From Octopus vulgaris (taxonomy: Eukaryota): a stretch of 64,000 nt of DNA. A model generated the notes under the pieces. That model made no database searches. It was given only the letters and a program-made list of their open reading frames with translations, and was not told where the DNA came from. Position numbers and translations under genes: made by a program. Location of the stretch: assembly GCA_951406725.2 (NCBI GenBank), contig OX597815.1, positions 156,860,001 through 156,924,000 of the forward strand, given 5' to 3'. Of the stretch, positions 37,972 through 49,797 are shown piece after piece (the stretch's first letter is position 1; every line of letters begins with the position of its first letter).

Positions 37972-40900
37972 TCACTGGAATACTTCTGTATATACGATGT
38001 TCCTAGCTGTCCGTTTGGGCGAAAACATGAAAACATCATTGCGCCTCCCAACGCGTGAACAGCCCACGTAGAGTTGACCGTGGGCGAAGCACTGTTCGCC
38101 CAAATGTAACCCAGCGACTTGTAGCGTTTGGCCTTGGGATTTATTGATGGACATTGCGAAGCAGAGTTTAACAGGAAACTGAGAACGCCTGAAGTGGATT
38201 GGTAGGTCAGCGCCCGACGGTTGAAGGTGCATCCGTGGAATGAAGACGTCCTCTCCCTTCCCACAACCGGTAAGTATTGTGGCCGTTATTAAATGTGGTG
38301 CCAAATGTTTCACAACCAAACGTGTGCCGTTGCACTGTTTAGGTGGAACCAAATTCCTGATGAGCATAATGGGCGCACCGACTTTTAACTTCAGGATGTG
38401 TGGTGGCAGGCCTGGCGGTTCAAGTGAATTCAGGAATTCAACAGGATAATCGGCAAGCTGGGCGGGGTCTGCTGTCCTATCTATAGATTTGTAGATGTGG
38501 ACATCACCAGGAATAGCTTCAAGTAGCTGGATATTGATGGAGTTGACGGTTGTATTTTTGGGTGCGAGAATAGCTCTGCCTGCCAGCCATTTTAGGTCGC
38601 GTAAATTGTTTTGTAGGTCGTGGAAGACAGCGTCCCGGAGGATAGCAGGGGTGTCGACAATGGTGCAAAGTGAGTCCAATTGAACGTAGCCATCCGCATC
38701 AGACAGCATCCTATTTTCACCGAGCGATAAGAGGTCCCTGGAGAATGCAGCGGATCCGCTGTCACCAATTAACTGCGCGCACATGTTAGCTTGGAGGTGC
38801 AAGGGCCGCACATGTGCCCAAAGAGCTGACGACTTAAGGCACGCGCGCACGGCATCGGCACGGGTTCCTTTTGGAATAACAGGTAGAGTCTGCCTGAAGT
38901 CTCCTGAAAGAAGTAAAGTTAATCCTCCCATGGGGGCCGTAGAGTCTCTGATGTCTTGCAGGGACCTGTCCAGTGCCTCAAGGGCGCCTTTGTGTGCCAT
39001 AGTGCACTCGTCCCATACGATGAGTTTGCATCTGCGCAGAATGTCGGCCTGTTCTGAGTTCTTGGCGATGTTGCAGATAGGTGACTCGGACTTTGCCAGA
39101 TCGAGCGGGAGTCTGAAGGCAGAGTGGGCGGTTCTGCCACCCGGAAGCAACGTGGCCGCGATACCAGAGGAAGCTACAGCCAGGGCAATGTCCGTGTTGT
39201 GTCTGACCTCTGCCAGAATTAGTTTAGTGACGAAGGTTTTGCCAGTGCCGCCGGGTGCATCAAGGAAGAAAATCCCCCCACGTTGCTGTCTGACAGAGTC
39301 TACGATGGTGTTGTAGGCTATGCGCTGGTCTGGAAGCAGCCGTGGTTCATTATCTTGGACGTAATGGTGCAGTTCCTCAATGCAGTAGGAAGTTTCGCGT
39401 AACAATTCAACAGACATAACATTGGCGTGTTCACGTGTGGGTGGTGGAAGGCCGTACTCTGTTAAAGCAGACCCACCCATATCGATGACAGCGTCTTCGA
39501 GTTGAATGAGCGCAAAATTGTAAATGAAGTTGGTGAACGTGATCTCGGCGGAAGGGCAGTGTTGCTGAGCCGTACGTAAGAAGTCGTGCGACATGTCATC
39601 CCTGTATTTCATCCAGAGACTTAGTGGATCACTAAGCTGACATTTTTGAAGAAGGATTGCGAAAAGATGTCGTAGGGCCGAATGCGTTTGCAGTAAAGCA
39701 CCCTCTGCCATCGTGGCGTCCCACTGGGAGTCATCCTCTAGAAGGCCAAGTCTCATACATGCTTCCCTGAAGGTGTCGCACAGAACCCCATTGACGGTAC
39801 GTATATTGGCGAAACCTGTTGGACCAGTGACCTCATGTAGAAGGAGACGGAGGTAGAAGCATTCTTGTTGGTTTGGCGGGATGTTGTAAACTCGACCCAG
39901 GCAGGAGTCAAACTTGACGCCTGGGAAGCTTTCGACGTTTTTGCCGGATTTCCGTCGAACCCAGGTGTTTTTAGACCACACGAAGTACGATGGGACCTGT
40001 GGGTACAAAAGCGTTCGAGCGAAGTCATCACGTTGGCATAATTTGAAGAAACCAGTCAACGTTGTGTCTTTAGGGCTGGTGGCTATCTGCACAGCACTTT
40101 GCTCTGTGAAGTAAATCCGCTGTCCATTTTCCAAGTGTACAGCAAGCTGCACCACAGCCGGGTGTCTCTGATGGAGCGGGAAGCCGTAAATGCGCCAAAA
40201 CGCTTCGTTGCTGCTGAGGTACCGGCCAGCCAAGTAGTTGGACACTTCGTCGCGACTGGTGGTCCTCTGGATGCTGAACATGGCAGCATCGCTGCCTTTG
40301 TTGATATATTTGCAGACATATTGTATTGACCTGATGGAACTGCAGAACTCAACGTTGACGTGGGCTTTGAATATCTTCGACAGGAGAGGACAGTAGGGGA
40401 CAATGTAGCTCTTGTCCACTTGATGTCGCCCAACCGTAATCGTGCGGCCTCCATTGGCTGGACTCCTTCGTTTGTACAGCGGATACCCATCGCCGCCTGT
40501 TTGAGTCTCCAAAGTGAACCGTTTAGGGAATCCCTTTGAGCAGGCTAATCCGTTTTTGTAGCATGGTGTGTTGGCGTAATTTGGTCCACAGGGCCCGTGT
40601 ACCATGGTAGTGCGGACAATTTCGTAGAGTCCGGGGTCCTCATCGGGGTCAGGAATCTCGGCGGAAATGAATTTGTCAATGTCATTAGTCTCGATTTTAT
40701 GAGTGAGCCAAATTAAGATGTGAGCATGTGGCAAGCCCCTCTTTTGCCACTCGACCGAAAACATGTGGCACCTGACATGCCCGAAAATCTGACCCTTAAC
40801 TATCAAATCCTTCATTTTGCCCAAATTCAGACGGAAAACCCAAGCAACGATGTCGTGTCGATGGGTGTGAGATTGACCCGGGAGGCGTTCGCGAGTGATT

Positions 40901-42841
40901 TCGTCGCAGCTGGGATTGCACGTGTAGGTGATAAAGAGGTCCGGCCGGCCGTAAATGCGCACGTAGGTCAAGGCGTCTTGGGTCCTTTCACGCATATATC
41001 GCGGTCCTCCCGTGAAGGTGGAGGGTAGAATGCATGGCTTGCCGATGTTGCGAGGGTCATTTTCTTGTTGCAAACCGTCACGGAGATGAATGTAGGAGTC
41101 GGAGCGAAGTTTGGTCTGATTAAGTTTAATGTATAGCAGCCTTTCCGATTCCATTTTTGCGGCCATGTCGACGGCGAACTGGTTGAATAGCTGACGACAA
41201 CGGGGCAATAAGTTGAACTCACCCTCCCTGACCATGAACCGGTATGAGTAGAACGCCCTGTAGGAAACCGTCTTTGATGCCGCAGTAGTTTGATTGAAGG
41301 GCTGCCGTAAAGGAATTCCGAAGTGGTAGCCGTCTTCCCCATAAGGGAAAAGCAATGGATACTGAAGCGCGTCATAAGATCTGTGAGTCTTGCTGATCCT
41401 GTGTAGGTTGTTACCACGGGAGGAGATGATTATGTCACGGCTGTTGTGTTGCTCTCCGTGTATGACTGCGGCAATTTCGTTGCACGCAGGTGCGTTGAAA
41501 CGGCGTTCGTGCTCCCCGTGGGGTCGTTTATCAGCATCAATGACAACGGTGAAGTTTGGAGATGGAGCACTGTCCAAGGCATATCTGAAGCTGCAGACGT
41601 AGCTGTTGATATCATGAAGCATGGTTTGGAGACGGAGAAGAATGTCTTTGCGGGGAACATAGCTTGTACCCGGTATTATTCCAAGGCGTGCATCAACCTG
41701 GTGGTTGTAGTCGGCAATGAAGTATATTTGGAGGAAAGAAGACTGCTGAATCTCGTCTGGCAGAAGTGACCCAATAAGATGGTAGACCTGTCCCTGCACT
41801 TTGAAAGTAGGCATCCAGCCTTCTCTGGGAGGAATTTTGGCCCCGAAAGAGGTCATTTGGAATGAGCAGTTGTACTTTCGAATTATTTCAAGGAATTGTG
41901 ACGAATCGGGGGTTAAACCCGCCGCGAGATCCTTCAGTGGTTGAGGTGGTTCCCGTAGGGGTGGCAGGTCCACTTTGCCACCAGAGCAGCACAAACCAGG
42001 TGGCTCTCCGGGCCATTTCTTGGCTTTGCAAAACTGGCATACAATTGTCATTGACCCTATCTTGATGTCGTCACGCAAGGAGAAGTTAATTGTGGCGTCG
42101 TAGTTGAATGCTAGTGACAACCAGAAAGCGGGGGCAGGGGTACGTACACCACGAATGATATCCCGACGTTTGTTGATACTCTCAAGTCGAGTGCACCGTG
42201 CCTCAGCAGATTCAGATGCACGTGCGACAGCGGTAGCAGTGGCATCCCTTGAAAGCCTTTCAGCTCTCGCCTCAGCACCCTCTGAAGCCCTAGCAGAAGC
42301 AGTGCTAATGGCATGTCTGGATGTCCGAATAGTCCGTTGGTGTGGAGTTTCGGCAGATCGAGCCCTGGCTGTTTGCGGCGTTAGCAGCTTGGCGAGCTCT
42401 CCTCTGTTGAGGTGTTTTGGCAGCTTTGGCCATGGCTTTGTTTGCGGCGTCAGCACATTGGCGAGTTCTCCTCTGCTGTGAGGTTTCGACAGATCGTGTC
42501 CTGGCGGTGCTAGTGGCGTTAGCCGCATTCCGAATGGCCCTTTGTTCGGGGTTCTCGCGAGCTCTGCGGATGGAAGCACAGTAAGAAGCCCGCATGTTTT
42601 GGCTGGACTGTTGCTCTTTCGTCAACCTCGAGCGGAGGGAAGATCTGTACGCTGCGACCCTTGCAAGTCGGGTAGAACGGTCGCTAGTAGTTTCAGATGC
42701 CTGAGCAGCGGCATAACGGGAAGCTGTTTGCGAGAGGCGCAAGGCGGTTTCCTCGTGGGTCTCGCGTGCCCTTCTAGCCCTAGCAGCCGATGCCTTGGCC
42801 GTCCGAGGGCTGAGGAGGGTCCTTCTCTTCTTGGGTGGCAT
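37972..42841 (-). CDS. Helitron RepHel transposase (STPR repeats, Zn motif, HUH-Y2 Rep, PIF1-like SF1 helicase); intronless, one 2-nt frameshift near 42370
   Basis: ATG at 42841 (MPPKKRR, NLS-like). Motifs: CQFCKAKKWPGEPPGLCCSGG, VEWQKRGLPHAHILIW (HUH), YVCKYINK (Y2), DAPGGTGKT (Walker A), IVWDECTM (Walker B), GDFRQTLPV, SINKSQGQTL, HGQLYVGCSR. Restoring 2 nt joins the 42305-43111 and 37972-42579 ORFs into ~1623 aa. Confidence 0.93.
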
Positions 42842-42963
42842 TTTGGTGGATAGCAATGTGTTTGGCAAAGGTGTAATAAAAAGGAACACGTGGGGTAAGT
42901 ATTTTGGTGGATAGCAATGTGTTTGGTAAAGGTGTAATAAAAAGGAGCTCGTGGGGTAAGTAT
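42842..42963. repeat. ~60-bp tandem duplication immediately upstream of the RepHel ATG
   Basis: TTTTGGTGGATAGCAATGTGTTTGG(C/T)AAAGGTGTAATAAAAAGGA...GTGGGGTAAGTA occurs twice. Confidence 0.9.
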
Positions 42964-43985
42964 CCGAAAATGTATAAAAATGTACAAAAACGGCCAAAAA
43001 GCTGGCAGCAATGTGAGTGACAACAACGAAAAAGTCAAAAGTGATCAAACTGAACAAACGAAAGGAAAAGTTTTTTGATGCACACGACAAAAGTGGTTTA
43101 TAATAAACCAAGAGTTTGCAAGTAGCGTCCGAGGACCGTTAGGGTACGTCAAAAATTGAAGGTAAAACGTTTGGGGTGGTAGTTATAAAGAAAGTTTAAA
43201 CAAAAAAAGTATTCGAATAACTTGCGGCTGCAGAAGCTATTAGCAGAAGTGGCGGTGTTGGGGGTAAAGTCTCGAATGTAATTTCTTCCTGGTAGGAATT
43301 GGTTGGATCGAATTATCGATAGCTAAAAAGGTCAAGTTGCGTCCCCTAGACAGTCTGGTTTGTGTTTAATACACAAATTTGTTTGCTATGTGTGCCACAT
43401 ATGATTAAATTAACCGATTTTTTCCAATAATGTATCCTATTGGAATAAAAAGGGCTATATAGCTCCTTGGAGCAGACATGATGCTCGTTGTGAAAAAAAA
43501 AAGATTCCTGCCAATTTGTGAAAGATATTGTCGAAAATATGTCATCTTGAATTTGAACGCGATTTCCCAAAATGGCATGATTTTATCGATTGTTTCTGAT
43601 GGTAAGGTATTGCATGGAAAACTAAAGTCAGAATTGAGTTTCTTAGGGTAACATTAAGCTTCACCATGAGTTTGGTGAAAATCGATTGCAAGTCGTGAAA
43701 ACTACCATAGATAATGCGTTGCATAAAAAAAGCTTAGATTCTCGAGTTGCGTCCCCTAGACAGTCTGTGGTTCATGTTTATGATTCTCGACCCCATGTCG
43801 AATTTATCAATTTTTTTCAGAACTGGAGGAACTTTTCAAAATTTTCGCTGCGTTAGTTTTGAATTATGACATTGGGCTATGTGTGTGTCAAGTTTCATCA
43901 GAATCGGTTGAAAGCCGTGGTCAGGGTGAGGGTACGAGAAAACAGACACACAGAAGCACGCACAGACAAACTGCCGTTTATATAT

Positions 43986-44040
<55 letters not shown>

Positions 44041-45219
44041 AGGATAAATAGATAGACAGGCAGATAGATAGATAGATAGAGAGAGAAGGAGAGAGAGAGA
44101 GAGTGGGGAGGGAAGGGGGTGGGAAATAGAGAGTTAGGGAGAGATAGAGGAAGAAAGACAGAGAGGGACCAACGGACAGACAGTCTGCGTTAGCCTTGGT
44201 TGCTCATATTAGTTACTCACGCAGTAACTAATGTCTAGCTTCCCGTTCGGTATACGTCATATTATCTCGTTGATGAAGAGCCACTATGAATCTATTTTCT
44301 AACGAAATTAAAATGCACAGCTTAAACATTCACTCAGAAAATTAGTAGTAAGTGAATTATGTATAAAGTATAACAATTATAGAAATCCATCTGAAAAATA
44401 CATCAACAGTTCCACTAAATGTGTCAAAAACAATTTAAGCGTAATAATACGTAAGAAATATCAATACTTTTATTGCCAGAAACTGCAAAAGAAAGTTAAA
44501 TTAGACGTATGTCGTTAATGAAATATATTAACAACTTCAGTGAAACGAATTTACTTCAACGTTTTAAAGTGTTTCTTTAACTAGGTTAGACAAAACCTAA
44601 CGCTTGGAAATATATTTCAGTCATTACTACAAATTCCACCATTTGAAAAAACAAATTAATATATATTCCGATAATATTTTTATAACGAAAAAGGCAAAGT
44701 GGGCATAAATTAGGATACAGTTCATTTTCCGGTACTTAATACTTTGCTTATCAAGTTCATTCTTTCGCACCAGCGGTCTAATTTTTTTATAAAGTATGCG
44801 TTTTTTATTTTTTAAACAAAACGTAGCTTTGTGATAAGAAGCTTGCTTCCCGACCGCATGGTCTCGGGTTCAGTCCCATTGCGTGGCATCTTGGTCAATT
44901 TTGATTTTTTCTATAGCCTCGGGCAGACCAAAGCTTTGTGACTGGATTTGGTAGAGGGAAACTGAAAGAAGACCGTCGTACATATATATATATATATGTG
45001 TGTGTGTTTCAGTGTTTGCCCCTCACTTGACAACCGATGCTGGTGTGTTTAAGTTCCAGTAACTTAGCAGATCGGCAGAGACCGATAGAAAAAGTACTAG
45101 GCTTATAAAAATAAGTCCCGGGGTCGATTTCTTTGACTTAAAACTTTTTAAGGGGGTGCACCAGCATGCCCACAGTCTAATGACAGAAGCAAGTAAAAGA
45201 ATTAAAAAATAAAAGAACA

Positions 45220-45441
45220 TACGAAACGGGTGCTGAAAAATTCTGGTTTTAAGGGTGTCAAGAAAGGCCTGGTTGGAGGCCCAAACTTCCGAGTTCTTTT
45301 ACAGGGCTTAGAAAAACTGAAGGACTGCTGCAATAAGTATGTGAATCTGAGAGGGAAATATATTGGATAAAATCATAATTAACTGGTCTTCCAGTATTTT
45401 CTTTTACCCAAAGCCAAGAACTTTTCAGCACCACCTCATAT
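45220..45441 (+). mobile_element. Mariner-derived internally deleted element/MITE
   Basis: Imperfect TIRs (TACGA..GGGTGCTGAAAAATTCTGG / CCAAGAACTTTTCAGCACCACCTCATA). The internal sequence GLEKLKDCCNKYVNLRGKYIG* resembles a mariner transposase C-terminus. Confidence 0.65.
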
Positions 45442-47433
45442 GTGTTATTCGTTATTATACAAACTATCACGTTGATTTATATCACGAGTACTACTGATTA
45501 CTCCCGTTCTACAGAACAAATATTATATTCATTCGGTTCCACGAGAATCACCGGTGATGCACACGTTAAAAAAGTATTAAGATGTCCAGTATACATTCCT
45601 TCATTTATGACTTTTTTCATTCATTTTTTTTCTGCAGATTATATTTCAGATAATATTATATAATCGTTAATGACTTCTTTTTTCACAAAAATTATTTTAT
45701 GGAATCCAGCACTCCAGTGAAGAAAATGGATGTGACTTGAAATCTTTTGATATCTTCAGGTAGATCCCTTGAAAAACAAAGAAATACTGAAGCGTTTTCT
45801 GTACATCATCAAAATTCCAACACTGTAGTTTGAACTCTGGTAAAGTGACGCTTCGTGAAAAAAGACAACACAATTGAGAGATACGGATGACTACCATGGT
45901 AGGTAAAAATATTAAGGTGGCAAGCTGAAACAATCATTAGTGCATTGGAACCATAATGTTTTGCAGTATTTGTTTGTTCTGGATCTTTATATTCTGAGTT
46001 CAAATCCCACCGTGCTCAATTTTGCATTTGGTTTTCCGTTTCGATGATATAAAGTACCTGCTGTTTACTAAAGTCAACATAATCGGCTGGTACACGTCCC
46101 TTTAAAATTGTTTGCCTTGTTCTTAAGTCAGAAATTAATATATTTTCAAATACTTGCATCATTTGTCTGGAAGAATGTAATTGTAATCTAATTGTAATCC
46201 TGTGAAATCTTAGCTAATGATCATGTTGGGAACTCGTTTCTGATGCAGAAATCCATGACCATGTCTGACCATGAACTTCTAGAGGACTGTTTCTGTACAA
46301 GGCGCGCACCTGGGCTAAGTTTATTTTTATTTTTTCTTACCTTCTTTCGTTTTACTATCTTTCTTTTCTTTCTTTATTTTTCTTTCTTGAACGCTTGCTT
46401 TCGTTAATCTGATAATAAAATTTGCAGCATTCGTGCATGTTCTCTTTCTCACAATACCGATAATTGCAAAGAAAAAGGCAAGATGAATACGACTAGTGTT
46501 GTCACAGGTGCTGCCATCGAAATACACACAAAAAAAACAACCTTTTAGTAGCTCTGCTAATACGTCACCGTAGGTTGGCACATTTTTGCGACCATGAAAT
46601 GATAAATGTTTGAGTTTACCAGGGCGATATTTGAACTCACTGCACAAAGTGGCAGCACAAATTACGTGAAAATTTAGCCCACATCCTTACAACTCAGCCA
46701 ATTTTCAGCTTTCCGTTGGATGTGGAGAACCGTTTTTGTAGTACCAGGGACTAACTGAAAGTGTTTCCTAGTTTATCTTTTAATTTTACAAAGCCATAGA
46801 TAAAACAGAGCATCTGAAATTATTGTTTTGGTGTCAAGGCTTGAAACTTTGTTTCTTTTTTTACATCTCGGATTTTAGAAACTTCGACAGCAGATGGTTT
46901 CAAATTACAATATTAACAAAATTCCTTAGCGGACAAGGTTCAACGTCCCTACCCACATAATCAATCATTTTGCTATAATAGCAACCAAAATTCCACATTT
47001 TACTGATTTTACTGACTAACGCAGTCCTAGATTTACTATAAATTCCTCTCAGCCTCACTAGAAGCATGCCTAGAGCTATTTGGTAAACAGATTTAGCATT
47101 AGGAAAACTAGGTTAATGTCTTACCAAATAGTAGTAATTGGCATTGTAATGTGACAATCCTTTTCTATCTACCTAAATTTATTCATATGGAACTTTAACA
47201 TCTATTTCACCCCTATTTCTATAAATAGAAAATATTTCTTGTCTCCTTTCATTTGTCCATTCTTCTCAGAACCTTCTAGCAGTTCATAGCAACTGAATAT
47301 TATTCAGTCAGTTGATAAACTCCACTACCTTAAATGCTCTTAAAATTTAAATCCACATCTTTGTTTATATATCTACCTTCTCTATAATGTTATCACTTGA
47401 TATGAAAATTATGTATTAATGGAAAACCTCTAT

Positions 47434-47528
47434 TAATGACTGATGAGTGCTCAGCATTTTAAAACTGTTGTAATACTTACAACATTTAATGAAATGATGT
47501 AGTGCGAAACGATCGTACCAAATTACCG
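47434..47528 (+). ncRNA. Type I hammerhead ribozyme motif with long stem II and palindromic stem III
   Basis: CTGATGA (47440-46), then stem II GTGCT/AGTGC extended by CAGCATTT/AAATGATG and TGTTGTAA/TTACAACA, then GAAAC-GATC-GT-A (47506-17). Stem I is degenerate. Confidence 0.62.
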
Positions 47529-47972
47529 AAGTTATTCTTGTTGCTTATTTTGATTAGACGTGATATATATATATACACGCATACACATACACATACATAT
47601 GAGTGTATTCATATATATGTATAGATATGTGTGTATATGTATCCATGTGCATGTATATTTGCATGTACGTATTATTACGTATGTGTGCATGGATGCCTGT
47701 ATGTATGTAAGCACAGTAATTTTTGTAACGGCAAGTTTTCGGGCGATTCTTCCTAAGACTGTATCGCTCTGTTGGCAAGAAATAACAGGATAACCATACT
47801 AAATGTAATTTTTGCACTGGAAGACATTATAGATAACTATGATAAAAGTCATTCAATCATACATAATGAGCATTACGTAAAACTATTGAAGTCCAAATAA
47901 TTTGTAAGACAATAAGAAAGTTAAAAGGTCAAACAGTTCAAATAAAAGTCATGAATACTGTAATCAAAGAAC

Positions 47973-48073
<101 letters not shown>

Positions 48074-48171
48074 CTAAATCAATAGTCACTATTGGAATTC
48101 TGTGTTTCTCGTTATTTTAAAGATTTTGTTACATATTGGACTTAATAGTCTCAGAAACTATAATATACAGT

Positions 48172-48215
<44 letters not shown>

Positions 48216-48994
48216 TGTGTGTATGAAAAAAATGATATAAAAGATTAGAAAATAGTTACATACAAACATACAAACATGCATACACATACATACATACATA
48301 CATACATACATACATACATACATACATACATACATACATACATACATGCAAAGACCTTGGCAACATTTCTTACACTTAGACAAGACAATGGAACGATCTC
48401 CAATACCATAAACATTTCAAAGGAAATATTCCAAGGAGTTAGGCTCTGTGTTCATTTAGGCATTAAAATCCATTACATCCCTACTACAAAAGTCAAATGA
48501 CTACTGCTAGGGATATTAACATAACGCATAATTTCTTTATGGATAACCTCTAAATTTATACAAAAAATGTTAACTATGCCAAAAACATTTGAAATTAATA
48601 ACAGCATTTTCAGTTAACATAGAAATGGTCATGTTTAATGGTTGAATGGGGACAATCACTCCCCTAGACACAAAAATAAAGATGGAGTGACCCAAGACTA
48701 TTATACCAGAAAATATAGCAGTCAAAACTCTTCTCTTACAACAAGATAATATCCCACATTCCATTTTCAGTACTAGTGCTGATTCCAACATTTGGGATAC
48801 CTGACTGATCTGCAGAAGAAATCCACTCTATATACGTTAAAACCGGTAAGTTTCTGATATCAACTGGAAATTTCCACAGAAATAGTAATATCGACAGGCT
48901 CTGCTTAAGAAGAGATAAAGGAGATAGAGCTTTGAGATCAGTGTCGACAGCCTTTGAATGTTGCATAGACTCTTTCTCTTACTCTCTCTCTCTT

Positions 48995-49036
<42 letters not shown>

Positions 49037-49351
49037 ACAGCATTTGTTAAACAGCAGCAGAATTATATACATTAACTTAGTGCTGAAAAGTGAAGAAAAT
49101 AATATTCTACATGTCTCTTTCCGATGACTTCCCGTACAAATCCAAATCAGCTGGAAAATCATACCCCAAAAGAGACCTGGAAGTGAAACGCTCAGCATCC
49201 CCGAAACAGACCACTAATGGGTATGTTTCCCGAACACTTGAAGAAGACAGAAACATTGACATGAAGCGAAGCCTCTCTTGGACTCGTGACTGTTACATCA
49301 CATCGCACTTCGAAGGCTATGGATTTATAGTCGAAAAACAGATTACTGTAT

Positions 49352-49797
49352 TGTAAAGTATAGAAGCCATCTTATCATGGCTAACCACATTGGGGAGGGG
49401 GTTGTTACTGTAGCTTTATAGCCCCAAGAGATCTTCGTCTCTAGCTGGCTCTAAACACAATATCTGTGTCTTTGGAGTATTTGCAAAGGGAGGCCATCCC
49501 TTCCTCGCAAGCCTGAGTGATACGCTCGAACTAGTTTCGGGATGGTTGTCCCTCGTCAACGGGCGGTAACCACCAGGTAGCGATGAAAGTGAAGGCTCCT
49601 TTGCAAATAGATATAAGTTTTTCTAATGGCGTCTGCCACTGATGTCGAAAAACGAACAGTAAGCATAATTAAATCTCAGAATGAGATTGAAACAGTAATC
49701 GCTCGATAATGTAAAGTATAGAAGCCATCTTATCATGGCTAACCACATTGGGGAGGGGGTTGTTACTGTAGCTTTATAGCCCCAAGAGATCTTCGTC
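49352..49797 (-). mobile_element. Retrozyme-like element: 358-bp monomer plus an 88-bp direct repeat, carrying a hammerhead ribozyme
   Basis: 88-bp direct repeats at 49352-49439 and 49710-49797, nearly identical. No long ORF. Contains an internal hammerhead and interrupts an older LINE ORF. Confidence 0.72.
49523..49565 (-). ncRNA. Type I hammerhead ribozyme (minimal/dimer type)
   Basis: Minus strand: CGCCCG-TTGACGA-GGGA-caacca-TCCC-GAAAC-TA-GT-T-CGAGCG. Stem I pairs at 5 of 6 positions, stem II is 4 bp and stem III is the palindrome ACTAGT. Core C3 is U. Predicted cleavage between 49529 and 49528. Confidence 0.78.

Larger units (their letters stand above)
37850..43988 (-). mobile_element. 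Complete canonical autonomous-type Helitron (6139 bp) inserted in (TA)n
   Basis: The minus strand starts A|TCTATATATAAACGGCAG at 43988 and ends CCCGGGCAACGCCGGG-CTATGCTG-CTAG|T at 37850. This gives 5'-TC, a subterminal hairpin, 3'-CTAG, an A|T target and no TSD. It encodes RepHel. Confidence 0.95.

Noticed and set aside
42372-42579. N-terminus of the 1535-aa ORF (MLPSAELARTPNKG...)
   Set aside because: Off-frame. The 23-aa repeat phase and the MPPKKRR ATG at 42841 show that the true N-terminus is in the neighbouring frame.
38240-42853. Plus-strand ORFs overlapping the Helitron, and minus-strand ORFs overlapping the Tx1 element
   Set aside because: Antisense shadows of GC-richer coding sequence with no recognisable motifs.
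37466-43988. A single TIR (cut-and-paste or Helentron-like) element with ~245-bp TIRs
   Set aside because: Two separate hairpin+CTAG 3' ends at 37831 and 37850 show two canonical Helitrons in inverted orientation.
49352-49797. TRIM/solo-LTR interpretation of the 88-bp repeats
   Set aside because: The first repeat does not end in CA, and I saw no PBS, PPT or TSD. The internal hammerhead favours a retrozyme-like element, although a TRIM is not excluded.
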